Shown here piece by piece: positions 14,801 through 27,205 of a DNA stretch of 36,239 nucleotides. This DNA is from Bugula neritina. Taxonomy: Eukaryota; Animalia; Bryozoa. Position numbers and translations under genes: made by a program. Under the pieces are notes generated by a model. That model was not told where the DNA came from, ran no database searches, and saw only the letters and a list, made by a program, of their open reading frames with translations. Location: contig CAXIUT010000022.1 in the NCBI GenBank assembly GCA_964035545.1, positions 1 through 36,239 of the forward strand. The letters run 5' to 3'. How positions within the stretch are numbered: the stretch's first letter is position 1; each line of letters begins with the position of its first letter.

Positions 14801-15444
14801 AAGTTGAATATTTAATTTCTTCAATTTATCTATTTTTTGCTCTATCTAATGCTTCAAATTTAGCTTTCCAAGTGCTGATATCACTTATGGATTGATTAAG
14901 TTAATTTTTTAAGTCAGTGTTATCTTTATGCATATTTTCAATTTGTTTTAAAGCTTTATGATATTTAGCTTGAACATTAGAATCAATTTCAGATACCTTT
15001 TGTTTGTAATCTTCTAATTCAAAAGTTTGTTTTTGAATGAATCTTTTTAGTTTGTCATTTTCCTTTCTTGAACTCTATCCTTCAAAAGCCTTCTAGGTAA
15101 GTTCCTTTATTTGAATTTAATAACTGTGTCTATCCAAATCTTTTTTTGAAATCTCTTTGAGTCTAAATATCAAAATATATACCTTAACTTATAATCATCA
15201 AGGTTATCAACCAGTCTTTCAATTTAAGCTGCTTGAAGAAGACACACAAGTTCCATATGCTCACCCATAAAAGTTGTGCTTTATCCAGGAAGACGGGCAA
15301 TCATGGATCTTAATGGAATCATAATTACTTTCTGATATCGTAAGGATCCCCGGGCTCAATGGTGTTCCAAGCGTTTTCTCTCTTGGGGATGGTAGCAGAT
15401 AATAGGCCTGTACTCTGATTCTTGTTGTACTGATCAAAGCTCAT
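5888..15444 (-). CDS. Giant (~3158 aa) repetitive coiled-coil protein resembling ciliate cortical/epiplasmic (EPC1-like) proteins
   Basis: ATG at 15444 to TGA at 5888. Removing four 20-nt introns (15309-15328, 15163-15182, 6287-6306, 6131-6150) leaves 9477 nt, a whole number of codons. Recurrent motifs are (K/R)IA(L/M)L(S/A)QE(C/I)ERLN and QENLRLS. Confidence 0.85.
7336..12010. repeat. 2307-bp direct tandem duplication (769 codons) inside the giant CDS
   Basis: The anchor aatcttttccaagcattttcagtttatccaagctttc recurs at 7336, 9643 and 11950. The two copies look identical on inspection. Confidence 0.92.
12010..14400. repeat. 411-bp (137-aa) tandem units forming an 822-bp higher-order dimer repeat
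   Basis: agtcttttccaagc at 12361 and 12772 (411 apart); gaattaagtc at 12301 and 13123 (822 apart). Confidence 0.9.
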
Positions 15445-15548
15445 ATCCTACAATCAATTAAAACAATATGAATCAATATTTTTTATTTGAATTTATGGAT
15501 TAAAAAAAATACGGTAACCAAATTCCATAGACTCCTTGATTGAAATAA

Positions 15549-17167
15549 TCAAGTAAAAAAATTCATAAATATTTATTAACTCATTTTCAGAGTATTTAAA
15601 AGTTATTTTATTTTTTTGAATCATACTCATGAATTTATATGTTTTTCAGCTTTATTTTTCTTTTTTATTTGGATCAATTCAGCTAAAAGATCCTCATCTT
15701 AGTCAGATTATGAATTTTATACTTATTTTTTTGGTTAAACCTTTTTTCTTTGATTTAGCTGATTGCTTATTTTAGATAGAAGTCCTTTTGCACTTTAAAT
15801 TTGCATTTATTTGACAACTTCTTTCTTTTTTTATGGCTATATTTATTCTTATTTTTTCTCTGAAAGTTCATATCTATTTTTTGGCTCTTAGATTATTTTC
15901 TAGGGAGTATAAGAATGATTATCTTGACTTCTACTTGAACTTGATGAATTTCTTTTTGATTTACTTAAGCTTTTATGCTTATGTTTTTTCTTTTTCTTCT
16001 CTTTTTTATCTTTCTTCTACTTTTTATCTTTTTTATCTTTTTTATCTTTTTTCTTTTTCTTTTTGGAATGATTTCTTGATTTATCACTTTTATTTTCCTC
16101 TTATTCTTTAATTTGCATTTGATCAACAGGTTTCTAGTCATTTTAATCAAGCATAGTCTATATAGCTATAACTTTTTTCTTTCTAAGTTCTAGGTTTCTA
16201 TCAAGCATGATTTTTCTATAATAATTTACAGGAAATACATTGACAAGGTCATGTTTATCTCCTATCTAATTGATATGTGAAGCAACTATCTCCAAAGTAT
16301 ACTTTGATGTTTTCGAAAGATCATAAAAAGATGACAGCTATCCAACCAATTCTTCAATATTCTAAATATTTGCTTCTAAGAGAACCCACCAAGGTGCAGT
16401 AGGCATTTTGATATTCAATTTTAAAAGTGACATATAAACTGAAGCAGAAGCAATAATTTGCCCAGGATAGTGTAAACAGACATTAGTTTTGTAGAAATCG
16501 TTGAGATAAGTCCATGCTTTTTGACATATTTTTTTGCATTGAGGATGTCTTTCAAATGATTTGAATAGTCCTCCGATATATCGATGAGGAATATCAAAGA
16601 TACGGTATATTTCGAATCCTAACTCAAAAAGAATCCGTTTCTCTTGCTATAAAACTTTATTTCGCATGTATTAGTATTAATTTGAGTGCAAAATTTGAAT
16701 TTTAATGGGCATTTTTTGTCCTTCAAATATCTACATAATAAGAAAGTTACTTTAAAGATATAATCAAAAACAGCTGATATTTAGAATGATTTTCTTAAAG
16801 TTTATTCTGATTTACAAGCCAGAAAAACAGCTCCCATAGCAATATCTCTAAAATCACATTCTAAATATGAAACTCTTGAATAAAAGAAATGACCTATCGA
16901 TGCTGCAACGATAGATGTAGAGACAGGCAATTTTAGTGATTAGCAAGCTTTGAATATAATTTAACTCATTAGATATCCACAGCATTTTTCTTGTTAAATT
17001 GAAAATCCATCTAGTTGTGATGGACTAGGTGCAAATCTATCGACGAGAAAGTTTTAGTTAGTTTAGTTTGGAGAGTAGATAAACTTTTTAGTGAAATTAT
17101 CTTTGGTGATTCCAACTTCTGTTTCTGCCTGGACAAACTTAGTTCTGAACTCTTATTATTTAATCAT
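15549..17167 (-). CDS. Cyclin L-like transcription/splicing cyclin with a charged low-complexity tail
   Basis: PSPSQLDGFSIEQE...LKLPVSTSIVAASIGHFFYSRVSY...AMGAVFLACKSEETLRK...EKRILFELGFEIY...IPHRY. Intron at 16731-16750. K/E/R-rich C-terminus. Apparent indel near 16650. Confidence 0.85.
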
Positions 17168-17222
17168 ATCGAATGATTGTAAAAGATTAATATATTATCG
17201 ATATTGTTAGGGGAACATGCTT

Positions 17223-17876
17223 ATGTAAAAGTCTCTTAGCTCTGAAAATAGTGTATATGAAAGTAGATATAATTGTATTATCTGTCTTGAAAGAGTTAAA
17301 ATGCCTGTAAGTTGTATCAGATGTAATAAAATTCTGTGTCTTCAGCATGTCAAAAAGATAGATAACAAGTGTCCTTTCTGTAGGTTATCACCTTTCCAAT
17401 ATAAATAAGATAAATTTCTTTAAGAATTAGTTAAATTAGATAGAAAAAAACAGGAATAACATTAAATATCAACTAAAGTATTTAAATGTTTAGTTGAAGG
17501 GTGTAAATTTGAAGGAAGGTTTCATAAAATGGATCTTCATCGACGCAGATAACACCGCAACTAGAACCTAAGAGAGATCTTATTTGAATAAGAGCGGGAA
17601 AACGCCAAAAAGGTTAGAGCTGTAGAGGCATTAATGAAAAAACTTCAAGGAAGATTCTAGAAAAATAACAAATCTTATCAAATTGCTTTGATTTTACGAA
17701 GTAAGTGTGATAAGATGGAGACTAGAGCTCTCTACTAGATGGTATAACATTGTTAGCACTGTCGAAATAAAGATTGTGTTAGGGTTTATACTTAGTAGAC
17801 CATGTGTTTTATTGGAAACGAAGCTAAGGAGTTGTCGGATTGTCCTGAGGCACAAAAGTATATTACATTCTTTTGA
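17223..17876 (+). CDS. RING-finger protein followed by a zinc-finger-like motif (217 aa)
   Basis: CIICLERVKMPVSCIRCNKILCLQHVKKIDNKCPFCR, then CLVEGCKFEGRFHKMDLHRRREH. Open from ATG to TGA with TAR=Glu. Confidence 0.8.
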
Positions 17877-17991
17877 TGCTCAGAGAAAGTGATCATCTCA
17901 TTCTCTTATATTTAAACAATAAAATTAAATTAAAAATAATGCAAATTAAAATATCATAATTATTCTTAAAAGAAAAAATTGATAAAAATAT

Positions 17992-18040
17992 TTGGGGTTG
18001 GGGTTGGGGTTGGGGTTGGGGTTGGGGTTGGGGTTGGGTT
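17992..18040 (+). repeat. Interstitial telomeric tract 1, (TTGGGG)7 TTGGG, intergenic
   Basis: Read directly. Lies between the RING and PARP genes, with the G-strand on +. Confidence 0.97.
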
Positions 18041-18120
18041 TTTATGATTAAAAAACTATATTAAATCTCAATATTTAGCAAATTACTTTAATATTAGTTC
18101 GCATATAATATTGAGAGACA

Positions 18121-21100
18121 ATGTAGAAAGATCTTCCTAAAAAGAAAAAGAAATACGTTCTTGCAACCAATCAATCTCAATCAATTCCTCAAGACAAATC
18201 TCAACAATTCATACAAGATAAAAATGAAGAAAAACCACTAAAGAGGACTAACTTTAACTATTCTTTCGAATAGATCATTAACCTTATTTTGGCAAGGTTG
18301 ATACCTGATAGTAAATTTCCAATAAAATTGGATTAAAAGCTGATATTAGGAGAAGCTAAAGAATTGGATATCTTTATTTCTAAATTAGATGATAATTTGA
18401 CCAATTTTATAGGATTTACTTTGGATTTAAGTGAAAACATAAGTAAAGATGATATAGATTATAAAATGGATTAATCTTTTAAAGCAAAGCTATTTAGTTA
18501 TAAGTCGATCTAGATGTTTGTTAAAAACTATTTTGAGGGGACTTAGTATTAAAGAGATTATCTTGCCTTTTTGGATAAATTTAAAGGATAAGATAAAAAT
18601 AGAATATATGTTAGACTTATAAGAAGTTGTTTTGATTAATTTGCTTAATCTATTGATGGAATGGCTGTTGTCTAGGATTAGGAACTTAAACCTAAAAAAA
18701 GGAGAGGAAATCGAACTGTTTTCAAAAAATAAATAGATAGTATTACTTTGTCATCATAGTATATTACTATCAAAGATATTAGTAAGTTTTTTAGTAAAAG
18801 TAATAAAATGGATTTTCGAGATTTAGTTATCGACAAAAAGAAAGAATATGGAAAAGTATAAAGTTACAGGATAGCTTTGATGAGTTTCTAAGCAGATTCT
18901 TAGATAAAACTATAAGCATTTAACTATTACTTCAGACATGACAACTATATAAACCTTCCACTGAAAGAAACTAAAGGAAAACAAAAAATATGTGAAGAAT
19001 ATGGTAGTATAAACTAGTCCCATATCAAAACAAAGCTATTGAAAGGATATAAATCATCAAAATGGGATGATAAGGATATGATATACAAAATAAGAAATAA
19101 AAAAATAACTGCTAAAAAAACTAACTATACTAATTAATACTTCTAGGCTATACATCTCAGAGGAGTACTGCCGATAGTTCGATAGCATATATAGTAGTTG
19201 TAGAATTTGATTAATGAGATGCCATTGGATGATATTAAGACTGAATTATATGTCGATTTCGATGAGAAGATAAAAGATTATATTCGCAATAATAAAGAGG
19301 TATAAAAGTTTATATAAAAATTCATAAGAAAGTATTTGAAGTAGTATAGTGAGATTTTTGAAATATAGAAGATAAAATTTCCATTGAGAGCAGTAAAATT
19401 GAATCTTTCGATAAAGACCAACCAGGAAATCGAATTTAAGTAGATCTAGAAGAACATAACAGCGATTATGCCTAAATATATAGCATAGCAGAAGATAATA
19501 ACAAATTTTATAATAGATGATTAGTTTTTGGATAAATTGTAGGAAAATGATATTCTTGTGGTCGATAGTAAGGAGAAGGAGTTGATATATTTGACTAGTA
19601 CGTAGGAATTGAGTATTTGTGCGGGTATTATTCAAAAAATAATCCAGGAGTTTTAAATGATTGGAGAGCAGTCGATTTAAGTGGTTGGGTTGACTAGAAA
19701 AATGAAGTATTATTAGATTATTCATTAAATTAGAAAATAGAATGAGGAATATAATAAGTTGTTTATTGCTGAACCTACTACATAAGACAAAGTACATTAT
19801 AAGATAACTTTTTATGGTCCTAGAAAGAAAAATGATAAATTTTTATAATAAATAAAAAAAGCTATCCAAAAATTATAAAAATAAACAGGATAGTATTCCT
19901 AACACATAAGCTAGAAGATATCAAAAATAATAATATAAGATCAAACTCTCCAACAAAAAATATAAGACCAATTCAAGATATCTCTGATCAATGGTAGTAC
20001 TAAAATCGATGCCAGATTATAGCTATGCCATAAGAAGAAAAGCTAAATATTGATAGTGAAGGGAAATGGTTTGAATAGCTTTCCTGTAAACAGTTGTGTA
20101 TATTTGAGTGAGAAGAATGTTGTTTAGGGATTGAAATAGAAGTATATGTAGAAGATGAAAATAATGGTAAAAAGATTTAAACAAAATAAGTGGCTGGAAT
20201 AGAATTAGAAAACTAGAGGTTATCTATTTCTTTTTAAATAAAATTATTCAATTGAATAGATGCTAGAATAATCTGTTAAAAGAGTTGATAATTAGATTTG
20301 TCGGGTAGGATTGTTTATGCCGACAAAAGATAAACAAAATTGGATTAGAAAGTTGTTGGATTTGTTGGAAAATAAAAAATAATATTCTTTGTATATTTTT
20401 CAAATTTATATCATCTAGATTACTCCCTAAACAGATATAGAAGCAATAGTTGGTATTCCGCAATACAGATCTTTTACTAGTAATAATCCATAGACTCAAA
20501 TTGAGATCGAATGGGTGTGTGAAGGATCACCTTATTCTAAAAAAGCTAATAATAAGATAAATGATGCAATGGCTAATCGATTGGATGAAGTTATGTTGGA
20601 TAAAGATGATTTTGATGTTAATTCTAGAGTGGCAACTACACATACTCATGTTTGTAGTTTGATTCAGAGAACGATTACTTATCGATCTAAGAAAGGATCG
20701 ATGGTTGATGTTCCTTTTAAGATAGGTATGGGTTAGATATCTTTTACTTATAAAAATTATAATATTAAATTTCCTCAATCTGAGTATAATAAAGTGCTTT
20801 ATCATCAGAGAATTAGTCTTCAACATAGATTTTATCTTAATTTACCGTATTATATCATTAATTTGAAAAAATCCACTCAAATCAATCTTTTTACTGAATA
20901 TGAGCGTCCGATATCTCGAATATAAAGGACAATAACTCTAGAAAAGAACTACTAAGGTCATATCAAGGCATATTATTTAGAAACAACTCCTCAGTTGATA
21001 TATCATTTTTAGTAAAGCAATGCTAAAAATTTACAACCAGCGATAAAAGAGGTAAAAAATTATCTATAATCAAAATGGTTAAAATAGAAAATTGCTATAA

Positions 21101-21912
21101 AATAGATTTAAAATAATTAATTTAGAAGCATTCTTAAGTAAAGATTATAAACTATGGCACAAGAGTATTCATTATAGTATGATTTAGAGCCTAATATGAG
21201 AAGTATTACTGTATAAACTTTTTAACAAAAAGATATTGATAGTTTTAGAAGTTTTATTTAAAATTAGATTGGATATTTGGTTAAATTGAGTTAGAGAGCC
21301 ATAAATCATACTGTTCATTAATAATTTAAATATCCTTAATCATGGCAGCCACAAAATAATTAAATATAAACTTTTTAGGTTCCAAGACAAAGTAATTAAT
21401 TCAAAAATGTTCAACTTAAATTTGGTTCTATTAGACAAATAGTATCAATAGTTAGAATACAAAATAAGCCTTTATATAAAAAATATCAAGATTAGCTTCA
21501 ACATCTTTCACATTTTAATGGAAAACAAACTAAATAACTTTAACTTTTTCACGGAACAGGTAAAACTCCCAGTTAAATTATCTGGTCTAATAAATAAGAT
21601 GGGTTCAATATCAACTATTCTAGTGATTCTAATCTACTTGGTCGAGGAGTCTACTTTGCTTAAAAATCATAATATTCTTATGGATACGCATCAAAAGAGG
21701 GAAATATCAAGGTGATGTTACTTTGTTTGGTTATTGTGGGAGATAGTCAAGAGATGAAAATGACTCCAAGTAACAAATAAGTGAAAGATACTAGCTTTAA
21801 GTCCAATGGAATAAGATATTAATCAATGCTAGGTAAACATTCTGTCTGTGATATATATGTGGTTTACAAGAATAGAAGAGCCTATCCTGAATACCTTATC
21901 AAGTTTGTATGA
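18121..21912 (+). CDS. Multidomain WWE-PARP, probable mono-ADP-ribosyltransferase (1263 aa, no intron needed)
   Basis: Continuous frame. C-terminal PARP motifs PESW...IVRIQN...LFHGT...GFNINYS...GRGVYFA...MLLCLVIVG...IYVVYKNRRAYPEYLIKF. WWE-like YIINLKKSTQINLFTEYERPISR near 20850-20920. Confidence 0.88.
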
Positions 21913-22053
21913 TTCTTCAAATACATTTTAATTCATATTACTTCAATTCTGACTGATATAACTATATTAAATGACATATCTAGGATCTAATTAAATATAT
22001 AAAGTTCACAATCTTAGCTCTTTTTTGTGTTATAAAATTATTTGTTTAAACGC

Positions 22054-22497
22054 ATGAAGGAGTAAGACTAGACCTTACCCAAAAGTTATTCAGAACCTTT
22101 TGATATTATCCATAATTTCAGACATAAAAAACCTGATACTCCTAAACCAAAAAGAAAAACTAGCTAGTGCTAGCATCGTAAACCTATCCCGGAGTTTACA
22201 ATGCGCACCAGAAAGATGACTGCAGATATCTCTTTAGTTAGCTAGATTTCATTTTAATAAAAAATATAAAATTAGGAAGAAGAACTGATGGGACCTGAGC
22301 CTCCTATGAAGCTTTTAGAGTCTTAAGAGTTTTTTTTGAATAATTAGGATGATCTATAAAATGGGATTCCTCTCACACCTGAGATATAGAAAGAGAAGAG
22401 TTATCTTTTGGCTGAAAGTTGTCAGTTTTCTACATATTCTAGACTGGAAAGGACTTTGTTTGGATTTAACAATGAAGAAGACATGAAGCAAGAATGA
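22054..22497 (+). CDS. Hypothetical protein (147 aa)
   Basis: Open from ATG to TGA with TAR=Glu (MKEEDETLPKSYSEPFDIIHNFRHKKP...). No recognisable motif. Confidence 0.55.
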
Positions 22498-22786
22498 AGA
22501 AAATGATAATTTTCAAGTTATTTGATGTTTATTTGCGTTATTTAAAGGTAAATAAACATCAAAATGTCTTATTTTATACAATATCTAATGTGAATTCTTA
22601 TTGTTTTAGATAATAAGTTGGAATATCAAGTAAAATAATAAATCATATCAAAAATGACTTTAAAAATTATAACCCATAAAATTATATATATATTCCTGAA
22701 CTACATTTGTTGTTTATCTTTTGAAGTTGATAATAATAAAGGTTAGATGATATTTTATAAGTATAATTTTTACACATCAAGTCGAT

Positions 22787-23547
22787 TCACTTTTGTTAGT
22801 TGTTGGAACAGTTGCTGTATTCCTTATTTGAGTCAAACGAAAATTGTGAGAAGAGATATTAGCTAGAGAAAAATTGAACTGATGAAGAGAAGAGCTACGA
22901 TTCTTTTATGAGCTGTAAGTACATTTATTTTAAGGTCTATTACCATGACTTTAAGGAGAAATAAGTGCATTTTTTCGAATTTGGCGTTTTGGAGGGTGTC
23001 TTCTAAACATTAAGGGTTGAATAACTTGAGTAGTATGAGGAACATATTCCGAACTATTTTCTAAATAGTTTGAATTAGCTTTCGATTGTAAAAAATTGTT
23101 TGGTTTTTATCTTTTAGTTTTGATAAAACCAATTTGTTAAACACTCATGTCTTTCCTAATATCATTATTTTCTATTTATTGGTTAAGGGAATACTTTGGA
23201 GATAGTATCTCTATAGAGGGTATCATTTCTTACTATTCTTTTTTAAAGCGAGGAGTCTAAAGTTAATGTTCATACTCTTCCTTGATCTAGTTAGGTTGAT
23301 TTTGATTCTCAATATACTCATATGATGGTGAATTAGACTATTTTTATTTCTGAGGTAATTCGTATTGTTTATCTGAGTGATCATAGGTATTTTAAAAAGG
23401 ATTTTTCTTAATTGAAGCATGAGGATATTGATCCGTGTGTTGATGCTAGCTTTTAGAGTGGTTTGATAGCTTGATTTCCTCCTATTACTAGTAAGAATCT
23501 TATAAAGGTGTTTTCCAGAAGTTATCCCAGATGCTTTGATTTGCCAT
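22787..23547 (-). CDS. Hypothetical low-complexity protein; boundaries approximate
   Basis: ATG at 23547 (MANQSIWDNFWKTPLEDSY...) and a long TGA-free frame. The span is not a multiple of 3, so the frame is not fully resolved. Confidence 0.45.
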
Positions 23548-24212
23548 TGTTTGTAGTGTTAATTTTTATAATTGCTCGAATAAGTCACAATATAAAAACC
23601 TAACTTCCTTATTTTATAAATTTTATCTAATAATAACTCAAAAAGGAGATCAATGACAATCTGATAATCTAGTATAAAAAATATTAATATTTGATTATAA
23701 TTGTTTGATGGAATTGTTCATGTAGCTTGAATAGAAAAAAGAATATAAAATAAAATATCATATTCTAGAGAGTTTAATAAACATTATCACTTATGAAAAT
23801 GTTGTCTAATATCAAAAGAATCGGATACCATTGATAATGTAGATAAAAATATTGTAAAAACTTTAGTTAAAGAAGGTAATTTTTATTAATATTGTGAGAA
23901 CAGGAAAGTAAATTTGTTGGAAATAAGATAAATTTGTAACAAGAAGGAACTATTTGATTCTAAACAATGGAAAATCAAAACAAGACAATAAAGAAAATAG
24001 AATTTTATTTTATTGGATTAATTGTTAGAAATAAATTAAAATTAATGATAAAAGTTTTAGATTAATTAGAGGAAGAGTAGCATTGATGATGATAGTGAAA
24101 CATTTCATATTCTTTTATTCTTTTATATTACTCTCTAAAGGAAGAGGAATTGATTAGAATATCAAATTTTAAATATCTAATTATGTACGTGTAAATCAAA
24201 ATTATAAAAATA

Positions 24213-27062
24213 ATGAAAATCTTACTTACAGCACTACTCTTACTCACTCTAGTCTCATCCCAAGTAATTGGTATTGATTTTGGAACTGAGTTCTGGAAGG
24301 CATCACTCATCTCCCCAGGTAAAAATCTTGTAATTGTTTAAAATTCAAGATCAGGAAGAAAAAGTAATAATGGTGTAAATATTTTATCATTTAGATTGCC
24401 TTTCTAGATGGAATTAGACACTTCTAGTACGATGCCCTTATGAAAAGACAAAAAAAACCTAAAATTAGTTACTTCTATCTCAACAAACTTATCTAATCAT
24501 TGGATAGTGAAAAACCAATCGAAGGGTATCACTTCTAAAACGGCACATATCATTTCCAAATTGGTTAAGATAACGTCTGTCTTGAACAATTGGTTGGTAT
24601 GATCCTCAAAAATATAAAAAAATACAGTTCAGAACAGGCTAATTCAGATATAAAGGATTCAGTTTTGACTGTACCAGCACATTGGGGTTTCAAATCAAGA
24701 TTTGCGTTGATAAATGCTGCTCAACTGGCTGATTTGAGTGTCCTTGGGCTGATAAATGAGAATAGTGGAGCTGCTATACATTATGCGATTACTCGAAATG
24801 ACAGTGATCCAGTGAATATTGGCTTCTTTAATATGGGTAGTCATAATCTTCAAATATCGATTGTCCAATTTTATGGAACACTTGATCCGATTCGTTAAAA
24901 AAATATCTAAAGTATGAGAGTGTTATCTCATATATCATTGCCTAACGTTGGAGGACTTCAATTTGACCATCTTCTTGCCTAGTATATAGCTGCATAATTT
25001 AAAAAGAAGCATAAAATAGATGCGCATGACAACTTGAAGGCTTGGACTAAATTATTGCATAAATGTTCTGATTTGAAGTAGACATTGTCTGCGAATAAAG
25101 AGGCTAATGTTTATATTTAGGGATTTATTGATGGAATTGATCTCAATGTTGCTGTCAAGAGATAGATATTGGAGCAATCTGATATTTTTGGTAAATTGGG
25201 TGAGTATTTACAAATGGCTCTTGATAAAGCTGGAGTGACTAAGGATTAAATTCAATCTGTTGAGGTTATTGGAGGTGGTAGTCGTGTGCCTTTGATATCT
25301 AAAATGCTAAAAGATTATTTTGAGCCGGTAGAGGTGGGATCTCATATAAATGGTGATGAGTCGATGGCCTTTGGTGCTGCATTAAGGGCAGCTAATTTGA
25401 GTATTGCCTTTCGAGTGAAGCAACTTCATTTTTATGATGGTTATCCTGATCAAGTTCGAGTAGTTTTGACTAATATTGATGATGGAGTTATCAATTCTAG
25501 TGATCTTTTTGATCGGGATAGTGAACATGGGTTGAAAAAATAAATAGTAGTTGATCAGAATGAAGGAGATGTTAAAGCTGCTGTATATTATGGAGAAGAA
25601 ATAGTGCAAGAATATTTGATTGCTAATTTGTCTCAATGGTAAAATAAATATAATCGATCTTAGGTTAATTTTACTTAATAGCCTAAACTTGTTTTGGTAT
25701 TTAGTGCACATTCGATTAACTTTGCAGAATTGAAGGAAGCGTATATTAATATTACGCTTAATACTACTACGACTAGGGAAGTTTATGAACTTGTGGTTTA
25801 GAATGTTACTATTGAAGATAGTGAGTAAAAGAAAGAAGAAACTTAAAAAGAATAAAAGAAAGAATAAAAGAAAGAAGAAGAGAAAAAATAAGAAGAAAAG
25901 AAAGAAGAAAAGAAAGAAGAAGAGAAAGAAGAAGAAAAGAAATAAGATGAATAAAATAAATCAGGATAGGAGAAAGAATTAAATAAATAAGGTTAGTAAG
26001 ATAAGAACAAATAAGATGAGTCAAATAAAGATAAATAAGATGAGTCAAAAAAAAGCAAATAAGAAGATTCAAACAAAGGCAAAAAGAAAACAAGAGAAAG
26101 AACCAGAAACGTGAAGAAAATGGTTGAATAATCAAAGATATAGAACAAAAAATCTCACATAAAAGCAAATCATACTTATTCCAAGTATCACAGGTACACA
26201 AAAGATGAAACTGATACTCTTAAAGAGATCATTAGAAAATATTAAAAGCATTAAAATTACTTAAAATAGAAAGCAAAAGTCAGAAATGATTTTGAATCAA
26301 CACTCTACACTTTAAAAGAGGATTTCTAACATCCAGGATTTAAAACTTTTAGCAAAGAAGAAGAAATAGAGGCACTTAAAACAGCAGTAGTTGAAGAGAT
26401 AGCTTGGCTTGATGAGAATGCATGGACAGCTGAGAAGAACTAGTTTGAAGATCATTATTATAACATACAAAAAATATATTCGCCTATTGTCAACCGTTCT
26501 AGAGAGTACAATGAAAGGTAATATATCAGTTATGTAGATAACAGTACTATAATAAAACTATCGAGATATTGTCTTTGGTCTATGGAAAGACTAATTAACT
26601 GAATACAACTCATGAGTGGGTTTCGGATAAGGCTGTAGCTCATCTAAAGAAGATAAATGATACAGTTGATTAAATCAGAGCTTAGTTGAAAAAACAGATT
26701 GATAGAAAACTCAATGAAGACATTATCTTCTATGTACAAAGTTGTTTATTAAGAACCAATAAATGATCGATCGGGCTGAAAAATTAAGAGATGAATACTA
26801 TCTTATCAAGATGATACCAAGACCAAAGACAGTTAAAAAGCAAGAAACTCCAAAGCAAGAATCTAATGCTGATGAGACAGCTGACCTGGATGATGATGAG
26901 ACAGATAAAGAGAATAAAGAAGATTAGAACAATGGATAAACAGAAGAGGAAGCTACTGAATAAAAAGTAGAGGAAGAAGTTCCTGATAATGAATCTGAAG
27001 GAGAGAAGGTTGAAGATCAATAAGAAGAAATATAACAATAGGAAAGTAAGTCAGATTTATGA
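24213..27062 (+). CDS. HYOU1: ER-luminal Hsp70-family nucleotide-exchange chaperone GRP170/HYOU1/Lhs1 (929 aa)
   Basis: Signal peptide MKILLTALLLLTLVSS, then VIGIDFGTEFWK, VLTVPAHW, LINENSGAAIHYA, VEVIGGGSRVP, INGDESMAFGAALRAANLS, an EEKK-rich insert and C-terminal KSDL. Introns at 24375-24394, 26518-26537 and 26734-26753. Confidence 0.92.
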
Positions 27063-27205
27063 TAATGATGTCAAATATTATGAATGGTTGATGATATAAT
27101 AGTATGAAGGAGTATTAATCTATAATTATAGTTCATCATAAATATTATTTTTATTTTTTATATAAATTATAATATAGTTTAATAAAACAGGCAGGTTAAA
27201 TTATA

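Noticed and set aside
23650-24200. Possible ORF upstream of HYOU1
   Set aside because: TGA-free stretches are common by chance with a single stop codon, and there is no motif or clean boundary.
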